Assembly: GCA_963666365.2 (NCBI GenBank)
Contig: CAXXNF010000002.1
Location: 2,272,001-2,336,000, forward strand
Direction: 5' to 3'
Origin: Syntrophales bacterium
GTDB taxonomy: Bacteria; Desulfobacterota; Syntrophia; Syntrophales; UBA2210
Length of the DNA stretch: 64,000 nucleotides
Part shown: piece by piece, positions 32,523 to 45,559 of the stretch
Layout: the number at the start of each line of letters is the position of its first letter
Numbering within the stretch: the first letter of the stretch is position 1
The notes under the pieces: model-generated
Told to the model about the DNA's origin: nothing
Databases searched by the model: none
Seen by the model: only the letters and a program-made list of their open reading frames with translations
Translations under genes and position numbers: made by a program

Positions 32523-32831
32523 TTACAACTTTATTTCAACATCGACGCCGGCGGAAAGGTCCAATTTCATAAGGGTGTCAACCGTCGCCTGTGTCGGCTC
32601 GATAATGTCGATCAGCCGCTTGTGCGTGCGGATCTCAAACTGCTCTCTCGACTTTTTGTCAACGTGAGGCGACCTGTTCACACAGTACCGGTTGATTACA
32701 GTCGGAAGCGGAATGGGACCGGCCACACGGGCGCCTGTCCTCTTGGCAGTTTCGACGATATCCAGAGCCGACCTGTCAAGCAGTTTGTAATCATACGCTT
32801 TGAGACGAATTCTTATTTTTTGGCTTTCCAT
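32523..32831 (-). CDS. rpsJ: 30S ribosomal protein S10
   Basis: '[10 protein letters not shown]', 'GPIPLPT', 'SREQFE.RTHKR'. Confidence 0.99.
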   Translation of the reverse strand: MESQKIRIRLKAYDYKLLDRSALDIVETAKRTGARVAGPIPLPTVINRYCVNRSPHVDKKSREQFEIRTHKRLIDIIEPTQATVDTLMKLDLSAGVDVEIKL

Positions 32832-32864
32832 AGTTCCCTGCGAGTTACTTCCGTTTAGTCTCTG

Positions 32865-34058
32865 TTACTCAATAATCTGGCTTACGACTCCGGCGCCGAC
32901 TGTTCTGCCGCCCTCACGAATCGCGAATCTCAACTGCTCTTCCATGGCGATCGGAGTAATCAGCTCCACGCTCAGTTCGACATTGTCGCCAGGCATCACC
33001 ATCTCGATTCCTTCGGGAAGGTGGGATACGCCGGTCACGTCTGTCGTTCTGAAATAAAACTGGGGGCGATATCCGTCAAAAAACGGAGTATGCCTTCCAC
33101 CCTCTTCTTTAGTCAGCACGTATACCTGCGCCTTGAATTTCGTGTGGGGCGTAATGGAACCGGGTTTGGCTACCACCTGGCCGCGTTCCACTTCCTCGCG
33201 CTTCGTCCCTCTCAAAAGAACGCCGATGTCATCGCCGGCCCGGCCTTCATCCAGCGTTTTTCTGAACATTTCAACGCCGGTGCACACGGTCTTGAAGGTG
33301 GGACGGATTCCTACCACTTCGATTTCCTCGCCGGTCTTGATGATGCCGCGGTCCACTCTACCGGTTACCACAGTGCCGCGTCCCGAAATGGTAAACACGT
33401 CGCCGATGGGCATAAGGAAGGGCTTATCCAGATCACGGGTGGGTTCCGGAATAAATTCATCAACAGCATTCATCAGTTCCCAGATACATTTCACCTCTTC
33501 CGAATTGGAATCGTCGCTCTCAAGAGCCTTGAGGGCGGACCCGCGGATGATCGGAAGGTCGTCGCCGGGAAATTCGTAACTCGTAAGGAGTTCTCTCAGC
33601 TCGAGTTCGACAAGATCAAGAAGTTCGGGGTCGTCAACGAGATCCACCTTGTTCATGAAGACCACAACATAGGGAACCTGCACCTGACGGGCGAGAAGGA
33701 TGTGTTCTCTCGTCTGCGGCATGGGACCGTCAGAAGCGGCCACCACCAGAATCGTACCGTCCATGTGCGCGGCGCCGGAAATCATATTCTTGATATAGTC
33801 GGCATGGCCGGGGCAGTCCACGTGTGCATAGTGCCGTTTGTCGGTTTCGTATTCCACATGGGCGATGTTAATGGTCACGCCGCGCTCCTTTTCTTCAGGG
33901 GCATTGTCGATCTGATCAAAGGCCATATATTGGGCCAACCCCTTCGTTGCGAGATGCTTCGTGATTGCGGCGGTCAGCGTTGTCTTTCCATGATCTACGT
34001 GTCCAATTGTTCCGATATTGAGATGGGGCTTCCTTCTTTCAAATTTCTTCTTCGCCAT
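32865..34058 (-). CDS. tuf: Elongation factor Tu
   Basis: [17 protein letters not shown], '[10 protein letters not shown]'; SD AGGAGG 8 nt upstream of ATG 34058. Confidence 0.99.
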   Translation of the reverse strand: MAKKKFERRKPHLNIGTIGHVDHGKTTLTAAITKHLATKGLAQYMAFDQIDNAPEEKERGVTINIAHVEYETDKRHYAHVDCPGHADYIKNMISGAAHMDGTILVVAASDGPMPQTREHILLARQVQVPYVVVFMNKVDLVDDPELLDLVELELRELLTSYEFPGDDLPIIRGSALKALESDDSNSEEVKCIWELMNAVDEFIPEPTRDLDKPFLMPIGDVFTISGRGTVVTGRVDRGIIKTGEEIEVVGIRPTFKTVCTGVEMFRKTLDEGRAGDDIGVLLRGTKREEVERGQVVAKPGSITPHTKFKAQVYVLTKEEGGRHTPFFDGYRPQFYFRTTDVTGVSHLPEGIEMVMPGDNVELSVELITPIAMEEQLRFAIREGGRTVGAGVVSQIIE

Positions 34059-34432
34059 AACCATTACCTCCTTTAGTTAAAATGGACGATAATTTAAATT
34101 CTATTTTCGATGTGTGTATACCGTGCCTCGCTATAAAAGTATCTGCCGAGGCACACGCCGTAGTGAATGGACCAGCAGAAACCATAGCACCTATTGAATA
34201 CCGGCCATACGGCCATCCCCTCCTTACCCTCAGTTCCCCCGCATTCCGCCCCTCGATCCTATTCCGGCGCTCCGGTGGTGGGGTCGCAGCATGAACTCAC
34301 CACCGTGGGGGCGCCGCACACGCGCTTATTCCCCTGCCCATGAACGCAAAAAGCCGATAACTCGACTTGTGTAAAAGAACCGCCAGGGCCTATCATTTTG
34401 CTGAGGATGCAACCCTGCGAAAAACTCCACCC

Positions 34433-34903
34433 TTAGAACCGATAATGAGCAAAGGCCTTGTTCGCCTCGGCCATTTTATGCGTATCTTCCCGCTTCTTTA
34501 CGGAACCGCCTCTATTGCTTGCCGCATCCATCAATTCCGCCGCAAGCTTCTCCATCATGCTTCTCCCGGATCGCCCTACGGCATTGCCGATAACCCATCG
34601 TATCGCCAGTGCAACACGTCTGCCTGCGGGAACTTCCGTCGGTACCTGGTAGGTTGCACCGCCGACCCTTCGGGACTTCACTTCCAATACGGGTTTTACA
34701 TTTTCAAGGGCCCGTTCAAATACCTGAAGGGGATCTTCCTTCATCTTCTCTTCGATAATGTCAAAGGCACCGTAAAGTATCGATTCCGCAACGCTCTTTT
34801 TACCTCTTTTCAGCAAACTATTGATGAAACGAGCTACAAGCACGTTGGTATACTTCGGATCAGGTGTTATCTTTCGCTTCGTTACTTCTCTTCTTCTCGG
34901 CAT
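34433..34903 (-). CDS. rpsG: 30S ribosomal protein S7
   Basis: '[12 protein letters not shown]', '[13 protein letters not shown]'. Confidence 0.99.
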   Translation of the reverse strand: MPRRREVTKRKITPDPKYTNVLVARFINSLLKRGKKSVAESILYGAFDIIEEKMKEDPLQVFERALENVKPVLEVKSRRVGGATYQVPTEVPAGRRVALAIRWVIGNAVGRSGRSMMEKLAAELMDAASNRGGSVKKREDTHKMAEANKAFAHYRF

Positions 34904-34916
34904 AGCGCATCCCTAA

Positions 34917-35288
34917 TTATTTGGGCCTCTTAGCTCCATATTTTGATCTGCCCTGCTTTCTGTCCTGAACACCGACCGCATCCAGCGCCCCTCGCACGAT
35001 ATGATACCTGACTCCCGGCAAATCCTTCACTCTCCCGCCTCTGACCAGCACCACTGAGTGCTCCTGCAGATTATGACCGATTCCGGGTATGTAGGACGTC
35101 ACCTCGTATCCGCTTGTCAAACGGACCCTGGCAACCTTACGCAACGCGGAGTTGGGCTTTTTGGGCGTCGTCGTATATACTCTGACGCATACCCCTCTTC
35201 GCTGGGGGCAATTCGCCAGTGCAGGTGCAGCAGTCTTCTTCTCTGACTTTGCCCTACCTTTTCGAATCAACTGATTTATCGTCGGCAT
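34917..35288 (-). CDS. rpsL: 30S ribosomal protein S12
   Basis: '[11 protein letters not shown]', '[12 protein letters not shown]'. Confidence 0.99.
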   Translation of the reverse strand: MPTINQLIRKGRAKSEKKTAAPALANCPQRRGVCVRVYTTTPKKPNSALRKVARVRLTSGYEVTSYIPGIGHNLQEHSVVLVRGGRVKDLPGVRYHIVRGALDAVGVQDRKQGRSKYGAKRPK

Positions 35289-35352
35289 TATTCCTCCGTA
35301 ATATAACCCTGACTACCTGCTTTTTTATAAGCAGCAAAGACGGTGGTTTCTA

Positions 35353-38300
35353 TCAATTCACGGCTTGACTGTCAAGGTTTTTCTCATCGTTTTCATCATT
35401 TATTTGCATATCTTCATCGGCCGGTTTTTCTTCGCCTCGTACCTCTATGCCCAGCTTCTTGTAGGCGGGCAATCCGGCGCCTGCGGGAATGAGCCGTCCC
35501 ATGATCACGTTTTCCTTCAGCCCTCTCAAATAATCGACCTTTCCCGCCATGGCGGCCTCCGTCAGCACCCGCGTTGTCTCCTGGAAGGACGCGGCCGAAA
35601 TAAAGCTGTTCGTGCTGAGCGACGCCTTGGTAATTCCCAGCAGGACAGGCTCCGCCGTCGCCGGCACTCCCCCGGCGGCGAGGGTCCGTTCATTTTCCTC
35701 CTGGAACCGGACACGGTCCACTTGCTCATCGGTAAGGAAGGAAGTATCGCCCGCCTCGGCGACCTTTACTTTCTTGAGCATCTGCCGGACAATGATTTCA
35801 ATATGCTTGTCGTTGATCTTCACTCCCTGGAGTCGATAGACTTCCTGCACCTCGTCCACCAGATAGCGGGCGAGTTCCTTGTCCCCTTTGATCGTCAAAA
35901 TATCGTGGGGATTGCTGGCACCGTCCATAAGAGGCGCACCTGCGATAACCCGATCGCCCTCCTGTACACTGACGTGCTTCCCTTTGGGAATTAAGTATTC
36001 TTTCGGATCACCCACATCAGGCGTAATTACGACTCTTCGCTTGCCTTTCAGATCGTCGCCATAACTTACAATACCGTCTATTTCGGAAATAACGGCGTGC
36101 TCCTTCGGTTTTCGCGCCTCGAAGAGCTCCGCCACACGGGGCAGACCACCGGTGATGTCTTTCGTTTTTGTCGTTTCCCTTGGAATTTTCGCAATAATAT
36201 CGCCGGCCCTTATGAAATCACCTTCCGACACAACAATATTTGCCCCCACGGGCATAAGGTGACGCGCCATGGACTTCGAACCGGGAAGCCTCGCCGTCTT
36301 TCCCTCTACATCTTTTATGGACACACGGGGACGGAGACTCGAATCCTGATGCTCCACGACCACCTTCCGAGAAAGCCCCGTCACCTCATCGACCTGTTCC
36401 TGAATCGTCTTCCCCTCTATAATGTCGCCGAACTTAATTTTTCCATCAACATCGGAAATAATCGGAAGCGAGTAGGGATCCCACTCGGCAATCAGATCTC
36501 CTCTTCGGATACTGTCATGTTCCTTTACCTTCAGGTGCGCACCGTAAGGAACGGGATACTTCCCGCGGTTTCGTCCTTCTTCGTCGATAACGTGAATCTC
36601 ACCGCTCCTGCTCATAGCCACCACACTGCCGTGCTTGTTGGTTGCCACCGAAAGGTTCACGAACTTGAGCATTCCCTCGTGCCGGGCTTCAAGCGTCGAA
36701 TGTTCTTCAAACTTTGCCGTACCGCCGATGTGGAAGGTTCTCATCGTCAACTGCGTGCCCGGCTCACCGATGGACTGGGCGGCAATGATACCGACCGCTT
36801 CACCGATGTTTACCAGATGCCCGTGGGCCAGATCCCTGCCGTAGCATCGTGCGCAGATACCGTACCGCGACTTGCAGGTCAGCGCCGATCGGATCAGTAC
36901 TCGTTCAAGCCCCGCCCTGTCGATTCTCTCGGCCCGGACCTCGTCAATTTCCTCATTCGCCGCCACCAGCAACTCGCCGGTAAAGGGATCGGTCACGTCT
37001 TCCAGGGCCACACGGCCAAGCACACGTTCACCAGCCGTTTCAATTATCTCGCCGCCTTCCACAAGGGCAGACACATAAATGCCGTCAAGGGTCCCACAGT
37101 CGTCTTCGCTGACGATTGCATCCTGGGCCACATCAACAAGTCGACGAGTCAGATACCCCGAGTTGGCTGTCTTCAGAGCCGTGTCGGCGAGCCCCTTTCG
37201 GGCTCCGTGGGTGGAAATAAAGTATTGCAGTACCGAAAGGCCCTCTCTGAAATTTGCCGTAATCGGGGTCTCAATAATTTCCCCCGAGGGTTTGGCCATA
37301 AGACCCCTCATTCCTGCGAGCTGCCTGATCTGGGCAGCGCTTCCCCTTGCACCTGAATCGGCCATCATGTAAATGGGATTGAAACTGTCTACAAGCACTT
37401 TCTCGCCCTCGGGACTTTCAATCTCATCGGTGGCGATATCTCTCAGCATCTCGTCGGCCACCCGTTCCGTCGCATGGGCCCAGATGTCGATTACCTTGTT
37501 GTAGCGCTCGCCGTCAGTAATCAGACCCTCCATGTACTGTTTCTGGATCTCCAGTACGTCATTCTTCGCCCTGTCGACAATATCCGTTTTTCCCGGCGGG
37601 ATAGCCATGTTGCCGATCGCAATGGAAAGCCCGGACACCGTCGCGTACTTGAAGCCCAGATCTTTCAGCCTGTCGGCAAGAATTACCGTGGTCTTCGCAC
37701 CACATGCCCGGTAGGAATAGTCGATGAGATTCGACAGTTCTTTTTTCGTCATCACCTTGTTGACAAACTCGAAGGGAATGCTTTCGGGAATTATTTCATA
37801 GAGAAGCATCCTTCCCACCGTCGTATCGACGAGGGTCCCGTTCATCCTCACCTTGATTTTCGCCTGAAGTTCCGCCTGCCCGGCATCATAGGCGGAACGC
37901 ACCTCTTCGGGATCGGCAAAGGTCATGCCGCTTCCCTTGAGAAACTCTTTGGACCGCGTCATATAATATATGCCGAGCACAATATCCTGGTTGGGCACGA
38001 TGATCGGTTTTCCGTTTGCCGGAGAGAGAATATTGTTAGTCGACATGATCAGACACCGGGCCTCTACCTGGGCCTCTATGGAGAGCGGCACGTGCACCGC
38101 CATCTGATCGCCGTCGAAGTCGGCATTGAAGGCCTGGCATACGAGAGGATGAAGCTGGATGGCCTTCCCTTCTATCAGAACAGGTTCAAAGGCCTGGATT
38201 CCCAGCCTGTGGAGCGTCGGGGCGCGGTTCAGCAGCACAGGATATTCCCTCACTACTTCGTCCAGTGCGTCCCATACCTCCGGGGCCTCCCGTTCGACCA

Positions 38301-39501
38301 TTTTCTTGGCGCTTTTTACGGTCGTTACGTAGCCCTTTTCTTCAAGGCGGTTGTAAATAAAGGGCTTGAAAAGCTCCAGGGCCATTTTTTTAGGAAGACC
38401 GCATTGGTGGAGACGAAGATCGGGACCGACGGTAATAACCGATCGTCCTGAATAGTCCACCCTTTTCCCGAGGAGATTTTGTCTGAATCGGCCCTGTTTT
38501 CCTTTGAGCATATCCGAAAGTGAACGCAGGGGCCGTTTATTCGAACCGGTGACTGCTCTTCCCCGCCTTCCGTTATCGAAGAGTACGTCGACGGCCTCCT
38601 GAAGCATGCGCTTCTCGTTCCGGATTATAATTTCCGGCGCGTTGAGCTCCAAAAGACGTCTGAGCCGATTGTTTCTGTTTACCACTCGCCGGTAAAGATC
38701 GTTCAGGTCGGAAGTGGCAAATCGCCCCCCGTCAAGCGGCACCAGGGGTCTCAAATCAGGAGGGATCACCGGCAGGACCGTCAGGATCATCCACTCCGGC
38801 CTGTTGCCCGAAGCCCTGAGCGTTTCCACCACTTTCAATCTTTTGACCAGTTTTTTGCGCTTTGTGTCGGAGGTGGCCGTTTCAAGCTCCTGCCGGAGTT
38901 CCGCATCCAGGCTTTCCAGATCGATCTCTTCCAGCAGTTTTCGAATGGACTCGGCGCCCATTCCCGCTTCAAAACCGTCGGGACCGTACTCTTCCCTCAA
39001 TTCAAAGTACTGCTCCTCGTAAAGGAGTTCTTTCTTCTTCAACGGGGTGTCTTTCGGATCCGTGACGATCCATGATTCGAAATACAGGACCCTTTCCAGT
39101 TCTTTGAGCGTCAGATCAAGAAGATTTCCTATCCTGCTGGGCAGACTCTTCAAAAACCATATGTGCGCCACCGGCGCGGCAAGGACGATATGTCCCATCC
39201 GATCCCGGCGGACCTTCGACTGGATCACCTCAACCCCGCACTTTTCGCAGACAATGCCGCGATGTTTCATGCGCTTATATCTTCCGCAGAGACACTCGTA
39301 ATCCTTGACCGGTCCGAAAATCTTTGCACAGAAAAGGCCGTCCCGCTCCGGTTTGAAGGTTCTGTAATTTATGGTTTCCGGTTTCTTGACTTCACCATGA
39401 GACCAGGAAAGTATCTTCTCCGGCGAGGCCAGAGATATCTTTACGGCATTAAACTTTACCGGATCTTTCGGTTTTTCGAAAAAACCAAATATATCTTCCA
39501 C
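35353..39501 (-). CDS. rpoC: RNA polymerase beta' subunit
   Basis: [12 protein letters not shown] catalytic motif, N-terminal Zn-finger. Confidence 0.99.
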   Translation of the reverse strand: MEDIFGFFEKPKDPVKFNAVKISLASPEKILSWSHGEVKKPETINYRTFKPERDGLFCAKIFGPVKDYECLCGRYKRMKHRGIVCEKCGVEVIQSKVRRDRMGHIVLAAPVAHIWFLKSLPSRIGNLLDLTLKELERVLYFESWIVTDPKDTPLKKKELLYEEQYFELREEYGPDGFEAGMGAESIRKLLEEIDLESLDAELRQELETATSDTKRKKLVKRLKVVETLRASGNRPEWMILTVLPVIPPDLRPLVPLDGGRFATSDLNDLYRRVVNRNNRLRRLLELNAPEIIIRNEKRMLQEAVDVLFDNGRRGRAVTGSNKRPLRSLSDMLKGKQGRFRQNLLGKRVDYSGRSVITVGPDLRLHQCGLPKKMALELFKPFIYNRLEEKGYVTTVKSAKKMVEREAPEVWDALDEVVREYPVLLNRAPTLHRLGIQAFEPVLIEGKAIQLHPLVCQAFNADFDGDQMAVHVPLSIEAQVEARCLIMSTNNILSPANGKPIIVPNQDIVLGIYYMTRSKEFLKGSGMTFADPEEVRSAYDAGQAELQAKIKVRMNGTLVDTTVGRMLLYEIIPESIPFEFVNKVMTKKELSNLIDYSYRACGAKTTVILADRLKDLGFKYATVSGLSIAIGNMAIPPGKTDIVDRAKNDVLEIQKQYMEGLITDGERYNKVIDIWAHATERVADEMLRDIATDEIESPEGEKVLVDSFNPIYMMADSGARGSAAQIRQLAGMRGLMAKPSGEIIETPITANFREGLSVLQYFISTHGARKGLADTALKTANSGYLTRRLVDVAQDAIVSEDDCGTLDGIYVSALVEGGEIIETAGERVLGRVALEDVTDPFTGELLVAANEEIDEVRAERIDRAGLERVLIRSALTCKSRYGICARCYGRDLAHGHLVNIGEAVGIIAAQSIGEPGTQLTMRTFHIGGTAKFEEHSTLEARHEGMLKFVNLSVATNKHGSVVAMSRSGEIHVIDEEGRNRGKYPVPYGAHLKVKEHDSIRRGDLIAEWDPYSLPIISDVDGKIKFGDIIEGKTIQEQVDEVTGLSRKVVVEHQDSSLRPRVSIKDVEGKTARLPGSKSMARHLMPVGANIVVSEGDFIRAGDIIAKIPRETTKTKDITGGLPRVAELFEARKPKEHAVISEIDGIVSYGDDLKGKRRVVITPDVGDPKEYLIPKGKHVSVQEGDRVIAGAPLMDGASNPHDILTIKGDKELARYLVDEVQEVYRLQGVKINDKHIEIIVRQMLKKVKVAEAGDTSFLTDEQVDRVRFQEENERTLAAGGVPATAEPVLLGITKASLSTNSFISAASFQETTRVLTEAAMAGKVDYLRGLKENVIMGRLIPAGAGLPAYKKLGIEVRGEEKPADEDMQINDENDEKNLDSQAVN

Positions 39502-39555
39502 TGGATATAACTCCCTTTATGCTCGTTTTTGAAAACGTTTCAAGCAGACCGGCGT

Positions 39556-42500
39556 CTACTCGTTCTCAAGCAATTCCACATCGATCGAAAGGCCCTGCAG
39601 TTCTTTTACAAGGACGTTAAAGGATTCGGGAAGCCCCGGTTCCAAGGTATGGTCCCCCTTCACGATCGCTTCATACATCCGTGTGCGTCCCGCCACATCA
39701 TCAGATTTGACGGTCAGAAATTCCTGTAACGAGTATGCGGCGCCATAGGCTTCGATGGCCCACACTTCCATTTCGCCAAGTCGCTGGCCGCCGAACTGCG
39801 CCTTGCCTCCCAGCGGCTGCTGTGTAACCAGTGAATAGGGCCCGATCGACCTGGCATGAATCTTATCATCAACCAAGTGATGCAGCTTGAGCATATATAT
39901 CATTCCCACAGTGACATTCTGATCAAAGGGAAGGCCGGTCCTTCCGTCATAGAGTCGCGTCTGTCCCGTGACCGGAAGCTCCGCCATGGCCAGCATATCG
40001 CAGATTTCTTCTTCCTGCGCGCCGTCGAAGACGGGAGACGCCATGGGGATACCCTTGCTGATTCTGCCCAGGAATCTCCGCATGTCGCTATCGGAAGCGC
40101 CATCGACAAAGGAGGCAAACTCCTTTGTTTCATAGATGCGCTTCAATTCGTTCTTCAGGGAATCGCTTTGTCTGTAGTCATCGCACAATTTCTGTACCCT
40201 GTCCCCGAGGGCTTTGGCGGCCCATCCCAGGTGCGTCTCAAGAATCTGACCCACATTCATTCGCGAGGGGACACCGAGGGGATTTAATACAATGTCAACG
40301 GGGGTCCCGTCTTCAAAAAAGGGCATATCTTCTTCGGGAAGGATTCTTGACAAAACGCCTTTATTCCCATGGCGGCCCGCCATTTTGTCCCCTACCGACA
40401 GTTTTCTCTTTATGGCCACATACACCTTTACCAGCTTAATCACCCCAGGCGGAAGCTCATCCCCCGCCTTGACCTTCTCTATCTTCTCTTCAAAAAATGC
40501 CTCTATGACTTCAATTTTTCTGGCAAGATTAGAAAAGATGGTCCGCACTTTTCCATCTGCCATCTCATTGTCCAGGGAAATTTCCTTCCAAAGGCTGAAA
40601 GGGATTGCCTCAAGCTTTTCTCCGGTAATTTCTTCACCCTTCTTGAGCAGCACTTTTTTCTTTGCTGCATCGGCAAGTCTGGAAAGTGAAGTGCATCCCA
40701 CAATGAGATCATAGACCTTCCGCTTCACGCTTTCATTGATTATCTTGATCTCGTCGTCGCGGTCCTTCAGCAGCCGGTTGATTTCTTCATCCTCTATATC
40801 CTGCGACCGTCCATCTTTTTCCGTGCCCTTCCTGGTAAATATCTTTGCATCGACTACGGTGCCCTCCACGCCGGGGGGTACATGAAGCGACGTATCGCGG
40901 ACGTCTCCGGCTTTCTCTCCGAATATGGCCCGCAAGAGTTTCTCTTCAGGTGAAAGCTGCGTTTCACCCTTTGGAGTCACCTTCCCCACCAGAATATCGC
41001 CGGCCTTTACCGACACGCCGATTCTTGCAATACCGCTTTCATCAAGATTACGAAGCACCTCATCACCCACGTTGGGGATATCCCTGGTGATCTCCTCTTT
41101 GCCGAGTTTGGTGTCGCGGGCAACCGTTTCAAACTCCTCGATATGGACCGATGTATAGATATCTTCCTTCACTATCCGTTCGCTTACGAGAATCGAGTCC
41201 TCGTAATTGTAGCCCCCCCAGGACATAAATGCCACCATGACGTTTCTGCCCAGCGCCAGCTCCCCGTTTTCCGTCGAAGGACCATCGGCGATAATGTCGC
41301 CCCGATCCACCCGATCTCCTCTGTTGACGATCGGTTTGTGATTGAAACAGGTATCCTGATTCGACCGTTGGTATTTGATGAGGTTGTAGATGTCGACACC
41401 AGTGTCGAACTGATCCTCCCCCTCGACATCGGCCTTGATCACGATTCTTGAGGCGTCCACATCCTCGACTATACCCGATCGCTTCGCCACTATTACGGCG
41501 CCGGAGTCGCGGGCAACCACCATCTCCATGCCCGTGCCCACCAGTGGGGCTTCGGGTTGCATGAGCGGCACCGACTGGCGCTGCATATTGGAACCCATAA
41601 GCGCGCGGTTTGCATCATCGTGCTCAAGGAAGGGAATCAGACCGGCGGCAACGCTTATAAGCTGGTTGGGCGACACATCCATCAGGGTGATCTCGCTCGG
41701 ATCGACGGTTACATAATCACCGCCCTTCTTGGCCGTTACCAGCTGCTCCACAAACCTTCCCTCAGAATCGAGCGCGCTGTCGGCCTGAGCGATAACCTGG
41801 TTTTCCTCTTCCATTGCCGTCAGATAGCGTATTTCATCGAGCACCTGGCCATCTTTCACAAGAATGGAAGGCGTCTCGATGAATCCGAATTCGTTTACAC
41901 GCGCGTAGGTGCTGAGCGACACGATAAGACCGATATTCGGTCCTTCCGGCGTTTCCACCGGACATATGCGGCCGTAATGGGTATTGTGCACGTCACGCAC
42001 CTCGAAACCGGCCCGCTCTCTCGTCAATCCTCCCGGACCCAGGGCCGACAACCGCCGCTTGTGAGTAACTTCGGAAAGCGGATTGGTCTGATCCATGAAC
42101 TGCGACAACTGACTGCTGCCGAAAAATTCGTTTACCACCGCAGTGACCGGTTTCGCATTGGCCAGATCATGGGGCATCATGGTCTCTACATCGAGGAGAC
42201 TCATCTTTTCCTTGATGGCCCGTTCCATGCGGACAAGTCCGATCCGGTATTGATTTTCTATAAGTTCCCCTACCGACCGGATTCTTCGATTTCCCAAATG
42301 GTCGATATCGTCTATGCTGTACTCGCTTACCCCGTTTTTGAGGTTCACCAGGTATTTGACGGCTTCGAGCACATCTTCTCTTCTGAGCACCGTGACATCG
42401 GTGGGAACATTGAGATCGAGCTTGTAATTGAGCTTCGCGCGACCGACGTTTGAAAGATCATAACTATGGGTGGAGAAGAAGAGGTTGTTAAAGAACCTTT

Positions 42501-43644
42501 TCGCCGTATCAAGCGTAGGAGGGTTGCTGGGTCGCAATCTGCGGTATATATCGATGATCGCCTCTTCTTCCGTGTCGATTTTGTCTTGAATGAGGGTATC
42601 CCTGATATAGGCGTCCGTCCCATCTTCATCGAGTTGAATAATTTCAACCTCTTTGGTGCCGTTATCTCTTAGCAGTGCAATCTTGTCTTCCGTGAGCGTT
42701 TCATTGCAAAGGAGGAGCACCTCCTCCGTCTCCGGATTTTTCACTGATGACGCCAGGATCTTGCCGATGAGATAGTCCATCCCGACGTCCACATGCTTTA
42801 TATCGGCGTCTTCCATTCTTTTCAGACCGGCCTTGGTAATTTTACGACCCTTTTTGACCATGACCTCCCCGGTCTTCGGATTGATGATATCCGCCGGCGC
42901 CCGTTCCCCGACGATCGCATCGCCGACAACGAGCCGGAAGTCATCATCCTCAAAGACCACTTTCTCAATACTGTTGAAGTATCGCAGGAGTTCCTCGCTT
43001 CCGTACCCCATCGCCTTGAGAAGGATCGTCACCGGCATTTTACGCCGCCTGTCGATCCGCGCATAGACCAGATCTTTGGGATCAAACTCCAGATCGAGCC
43101 AGGATCCCCTGATAGGTATGATGCGAGCCGAGAATATGAGTTTGCCGCTGGAATGTGTCTTCCCCTTGTCATGGTCGAAAAATATCCCCGGAGATCGGTG
43201 AAGCTGGCTGACAATCACCCGCTCCGTTCCGTTGATAAGGAAGGTGCCCTTCTCCGTCATTAAGGGAATCTCTCCGAAGTAAATTTCCTGTTCCTTGATA
43301 TCTCTGATGATCCTCTGTTCATCTCCGCGACCGGAATCAAACACGACAAGGCGCACCACTATCTTCAGCGGGGCGTTATAGGTCATCCCCTTCTGGATGC
43401 ACTCCTTGACATCATAGCGCGCCCTCCCGATCTTGTAGCTTACAAACTCAAGAGAGCACTTTTCACCGAAATCCGTAATGGGAAAGACACTCTGAAAGGC
43501 ACCTTGAAGGCCGATGCTTGCCCTTTTTTCCGGGGGCACATCGGCCTGAAGGAATTTTTCATAGGATTTCCTTTGAATTTCAATGAGATTGGGAATATCA
43601 ACAATCTTCTTTATACGACCAAAACTCTTTCTCGCCTTTACCAT
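39556..43644 (-). CDS. rpoB: RNA polymerase beta subunit
   Basis: '[12 protein letters not shown]', '[15 protein letters not shown]', 'GGQRLGEME'. Confidence 0.99.
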   Translation of the reverse strand: MVKARKSFGRIKKIVDIPNLIEIQRKSYEKFLQADVPPEKRASIGLQGAFQSVFPITDFGEKCSLEFVSYKIGRARYDVKECIQKGMTYNAPLKIVVRLVVFDSGRGDEQRIIRDIKEQEIYFGEIPLMTEKGTFLINGTERVIVSQLHRSPGIFFDHDKGKTHSSGKLIFSARIIPIRGSWLDLEFDPKDLVYARIDRRRKMPVTILLKAMGYGSEELLRYFNSIEKVVFEDDDFRLVVGDAIVGERAPADIINPKTGEVMVKKGRKITKAGLKRMEDADIKHVDVGMDYLIGKILASSVKNPETEEVLLLCNETLTEDKIALLRDNGTKEVEIIQLDEDGTDAYIRDTLIQDKIDTEEEAIIDIYRRLRPSNPPTLDTAKRFFNNLFFSTHSYDLSNVGRAKLNYKLDLNVPTDVTVLRREDVLEAVKYLVNLKNGVSEYSIDDIDHLGNRRIRSVGELIENQYRIGLVRMERAIKEKMSLLDVETMMPHDLANAKPVTAVVNEFFGSSQLSQFMDQTNPLSEVTHKRRLSALGPGGLTRERAGFEVRDVHNTHYGRICPVETPEGPNIGLIVSLSTYARVNEFGFIETPSILVKDGQVLDEIRYLTAMEEENQVIAQADSALDSEGRFVEQLVTAKKGGDYVTVDPSEITLMDVSPNQLISVAAGLIPFLEHDDANRALMGSNMQRQSVPLMQPEAPLVGTGMEMVVARDSGAVIVAKRSGIVEDVDASRIVIKADVEGEDQFDTGVDIYNLIKYQRSNQDTCFNHKPIVNRGDRVDRGDIIADGPSTENGELALGRNVMVAFMSWGGYNYEDSILVSERIVKEDIYTSVHIEEFETVARDTKLGKEEITRDIPNVGDEVLRNLDESGIARIGVSVKAGDILVGKVTPKGETQLSPEEKLLRAIFGEKAGDVRDTSLHVPPGVEGTVVDAKIFTRKGTEKDGRSQDIEDEEINRLLKDRDDEIKIINESVKRKVYDLIVGCTSLSRLADAAKKKVLLKKGEEITGEKLEAIPFSLWKEISLDNEMADGKVRTIFSNLARKIEVIEAFFEEKIEKVKAGDELPPGVIKLVKVYVAIKRKLSVGDKMAGRHGNKGVLSRILPEEDMPFFEDGTPVDIVLNPLGVPSRMNVGQILETHLGWAAKALGDRVQKLCDDYRQSDSLKNELKRIYETKEFASFVDGASDSDMRRFLGRISKGIPMASPVFDGAQEEEICDMLAMAELPVTGQTRLYDGRTGLPFDQNVTVGMIYMLKLHHLVDDKIHARSIGPYSLVTQQPLGGKAQFGGQRLGEMEVWAIEAYGAAYSLQEFLTVKSDDVAGRTRMYEAIVKGDHTLEPGLPESFNVLVKELQGLSIDVELLENE

Positions 43645-43701
43645 AGTGTTCCTTAGATTTTCCTGTAAGATCGATAATTGTCCCCAGGGGACAGCATAGA
43701 A

Positions 43702-44091
43702 TTACTTAATCTCCACAGTCCCGCCGACTTCTTCAATCTTCTTTTTGATATCCTCGGCTTCGTCCTTGGACACACCTTCCTTGACTGCCTTCGGTACGCC
43801 CTCCACAAGATCCTTGGCTTCTTTAAGCCCCAGACCGGTGATCGCCCGCACTACCTTGATGACCTGAATTTTCTGTTCCCCAAATCCGGTCAGCATCGCG
43901 TCAAACTCCGTTTTCTCTTCCTCCTGGGCCGCCTGTGCAGGACCTGCTCCCGCCGCCGCCACGGCTACCGGCGCCGCCGCCGATACGCCGAGACGCTCTT
44001 CCAATTCCTTTACCATTTCTGAAAGTTCCAGAACGGTCATATTTTCGATAAATGCAATAAAATCTTCCTTGGTAATTTTTGCGTCTGTCAT
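43702..44091 (-). CDS. rplL: 50S ribosomal protein L7/L12
   Basis: 'EEKTEFD', '[12 protein letters not shown]'. Confidence 0.99.
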   Translation of the reverse strand: MTDAKITKEDFIAFIENMTVLELSEMVKELEERLGVSAAAPVAVAAAGAGPAQAAQEEEKTEFDAMLTGFGEQKIQVIKVVRAITGLGLKEAKDLVEGVPKAVKEGVSKDEAEDIKKKIEEVGGTVEIK

Positions 44092-44116
44092 GTTTCTATT
44101 CCTTCCTGTATAAATT

Positions 44117-44641
44117 CTAGTTTGTCTCTTCTTGTTTCATTCGATAGGCGTTCAGCACCTGCACGAAACCACGAGGCACCCCGCTGAGAACCGTGACAAG
44201 CTGTGTGGGAACCGCCACAAAGAGAGAAAGCAGCTTCCCAAGAAGCACTTCCCTGCTGGGAAGTTCCGCCAGCGCCGCCAACTGCGACTTGTCCAGCGTC
44301 GATCCCTCAAGCACGCCGCCCTTAATTTCCAGGGCTGCGTTCTTTTTTGCGAATTCCACCAGCGCTTTTGTCGGTGCAACAACATCCCCGAAGTTAAGAA
44401 CAAGTGCCCGCGGTCCCTTTAAGTGTTCTTCAAGTCCCGTAAAATCTGTTTCCTTGATGGCCAGATTCAGGAGATTGTTCTTAACGACGCGCACTTCACT
44501 TCCCGACTTTCGGAGTTCGTTTCTCAGTTCATTGAATTCCTTGACTTTGATACCTCTGTAATCCGTGAGTATCGCTATCTTTGCACGCGAGAGCTTTTCA
44601 TGAAGTTCCGCTACGATTTGTTCCTTGGTCCTCCGGTCCAA
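44117..44641 (-). CDS. rplJ: 50S ribosomal protein L10 (TTG start)
   Basis: 'DYRG', 'VVKNNL', '[11 protein letters not shown]'; SD AGGAGG precedes TTG 44641. Confidence 0.98.
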   Translation of the reverse strand: MDRRTKEQIVAELHEKLSRAKIAILTDYRGIKVKEFNELRNELRKSGSEVRVVKNNLLNLAIKETDFTGLEEHLKGPRALVLNFGDVVAPTKALVEFAKKNAALEIKGGVLEGSTLDKSQLAALAELPSREVLLGKLLSLFVAVPTQLVTVLSGVPRGFVQVLNAYRMKQEETN

Positions 44642-44649
44642 TACGTGGC

Positions 44650-44808
44650 CTCCTTTCAACACATATTTTTTATCATCGTACACATGATAAATGATGAAAC
44701 TATTTGAAAGTCAGACCGCTCTACAGGAAGAAATACTACACACTGCCATTGTCTAGGCAGGCCGACTGCGCTCGTTTAAACATTCTTCCGTACCTGCTGT
44801 CTTTGACT
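44650..44808 (-). ncRNA. L10 ribosomal protein leader (cis-regulatory RNA); boundaries approximate
   Basis: rplA-rplJ spacer, minus strand: GTCAAAGACAGCAGG...TTTAA...CCTGCCTAGAC, resembling the L10-leader core. Confidence 0.7.
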
Positions 44809-44826
44809 TTACTTTTTTTGTTTTAC

Positions 44827-45537
44827 TTAACCGACCCTCAGGCTGTTCCTCACATCCATCGTATCTACTTTTACTCCCGGCCCCATGGTTGTAGAGAGAG
44901 AAATGTTCTTCAGGTATGTTCCCTTGCTCGATGCGGGTTTGAGTTTAATAGTCGTCTCTATAAGGGCCAGGATGTTTTCAATCAGTTTCTCTGCTCCGAA
45001 GGATACCTTCCCCACAGGACTGTGCACAATGCCGGCCTTTTCCACTCGGAATTCGACCTGTCCCGCTTTAAGCTCAGTCACTGCAGCCTTTACATCGAAA
45101 GTAACCGTTCCTACCTTGGGATTGGGCATCAATCCTCGCGGTCCGAGAATCTTTCCCAGTTTTCCGACGCTGCCCATCATATCGGGAGTGGCCACAACCC
45201 TGTCGAACTCGAGCCACCCTTCCTTTATCTTCTCAACCATATCGTCGGCGCCGACATAATCGGCCCCTGCATCCCGGGCCTCTTTTTCTTTTTCGCCTTT
45301 TGCAAAGACCAAGACCCTGACGGTTTTGCCGAGACCGTTGGGGAGGACCACGCTTCCCCGAACCATCTGGTCGGCATGCTTCGGATTCACTCCCAAGCGA
45401 ACGGCAACATCGACAGTCTCATCAAATTTCGCCCTGCCGGTACCGACGACCATCTCCACCGCCTCTTTGAGGGGGTACCGCTTCCCCGGCTCTACCTTTG
45501 CCCTTTGCTCCGCATATCCCTTGCCACTGTGTGCCAT
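44827..45537 (-). CDS. rplA: 50S ribosomal protein L1
   Basis: 'KFDETVD', '[11 protein letters not shown]', 'STTMGPG'. Confidence 0.99.
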   Translation of the reverse strand: MAHSGKGYAEQRAKVEPGKRYPLKEAVEMVVGTGRAKFDETVDVAVRLGVNPKHADQMVRGSVVLPNGLGKTVRVLVFAKGEKEKEARDAGADYVGADDMVEKIKEGWLEFDRVVATPDMMGSVGKLGKILGPRGLMPNPKVGTVTFDVKAAVTELKAGQVEFRVEKAGIVHSPVGKVSFGAEKLIENILALIETTIKLKPASSKGTYLKNISLSTTMGPGVKVDTMDVRNSLRVG

Positions 45538-45559
45538 TTTCACAAAACCTCGGTCTTCT

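Noticed and set aside
34082..34294. 70-aa + strand ORF in the rpsG-tuf spacer
   Set aside because: Antisense to a highly transcribed operon, no clear SD, no recognisable similarity
33021..42453. Long + strand ORFs opposite tuf, rpoC and rpoB
   Set aside because: Antisense shadows of highly conserved genes
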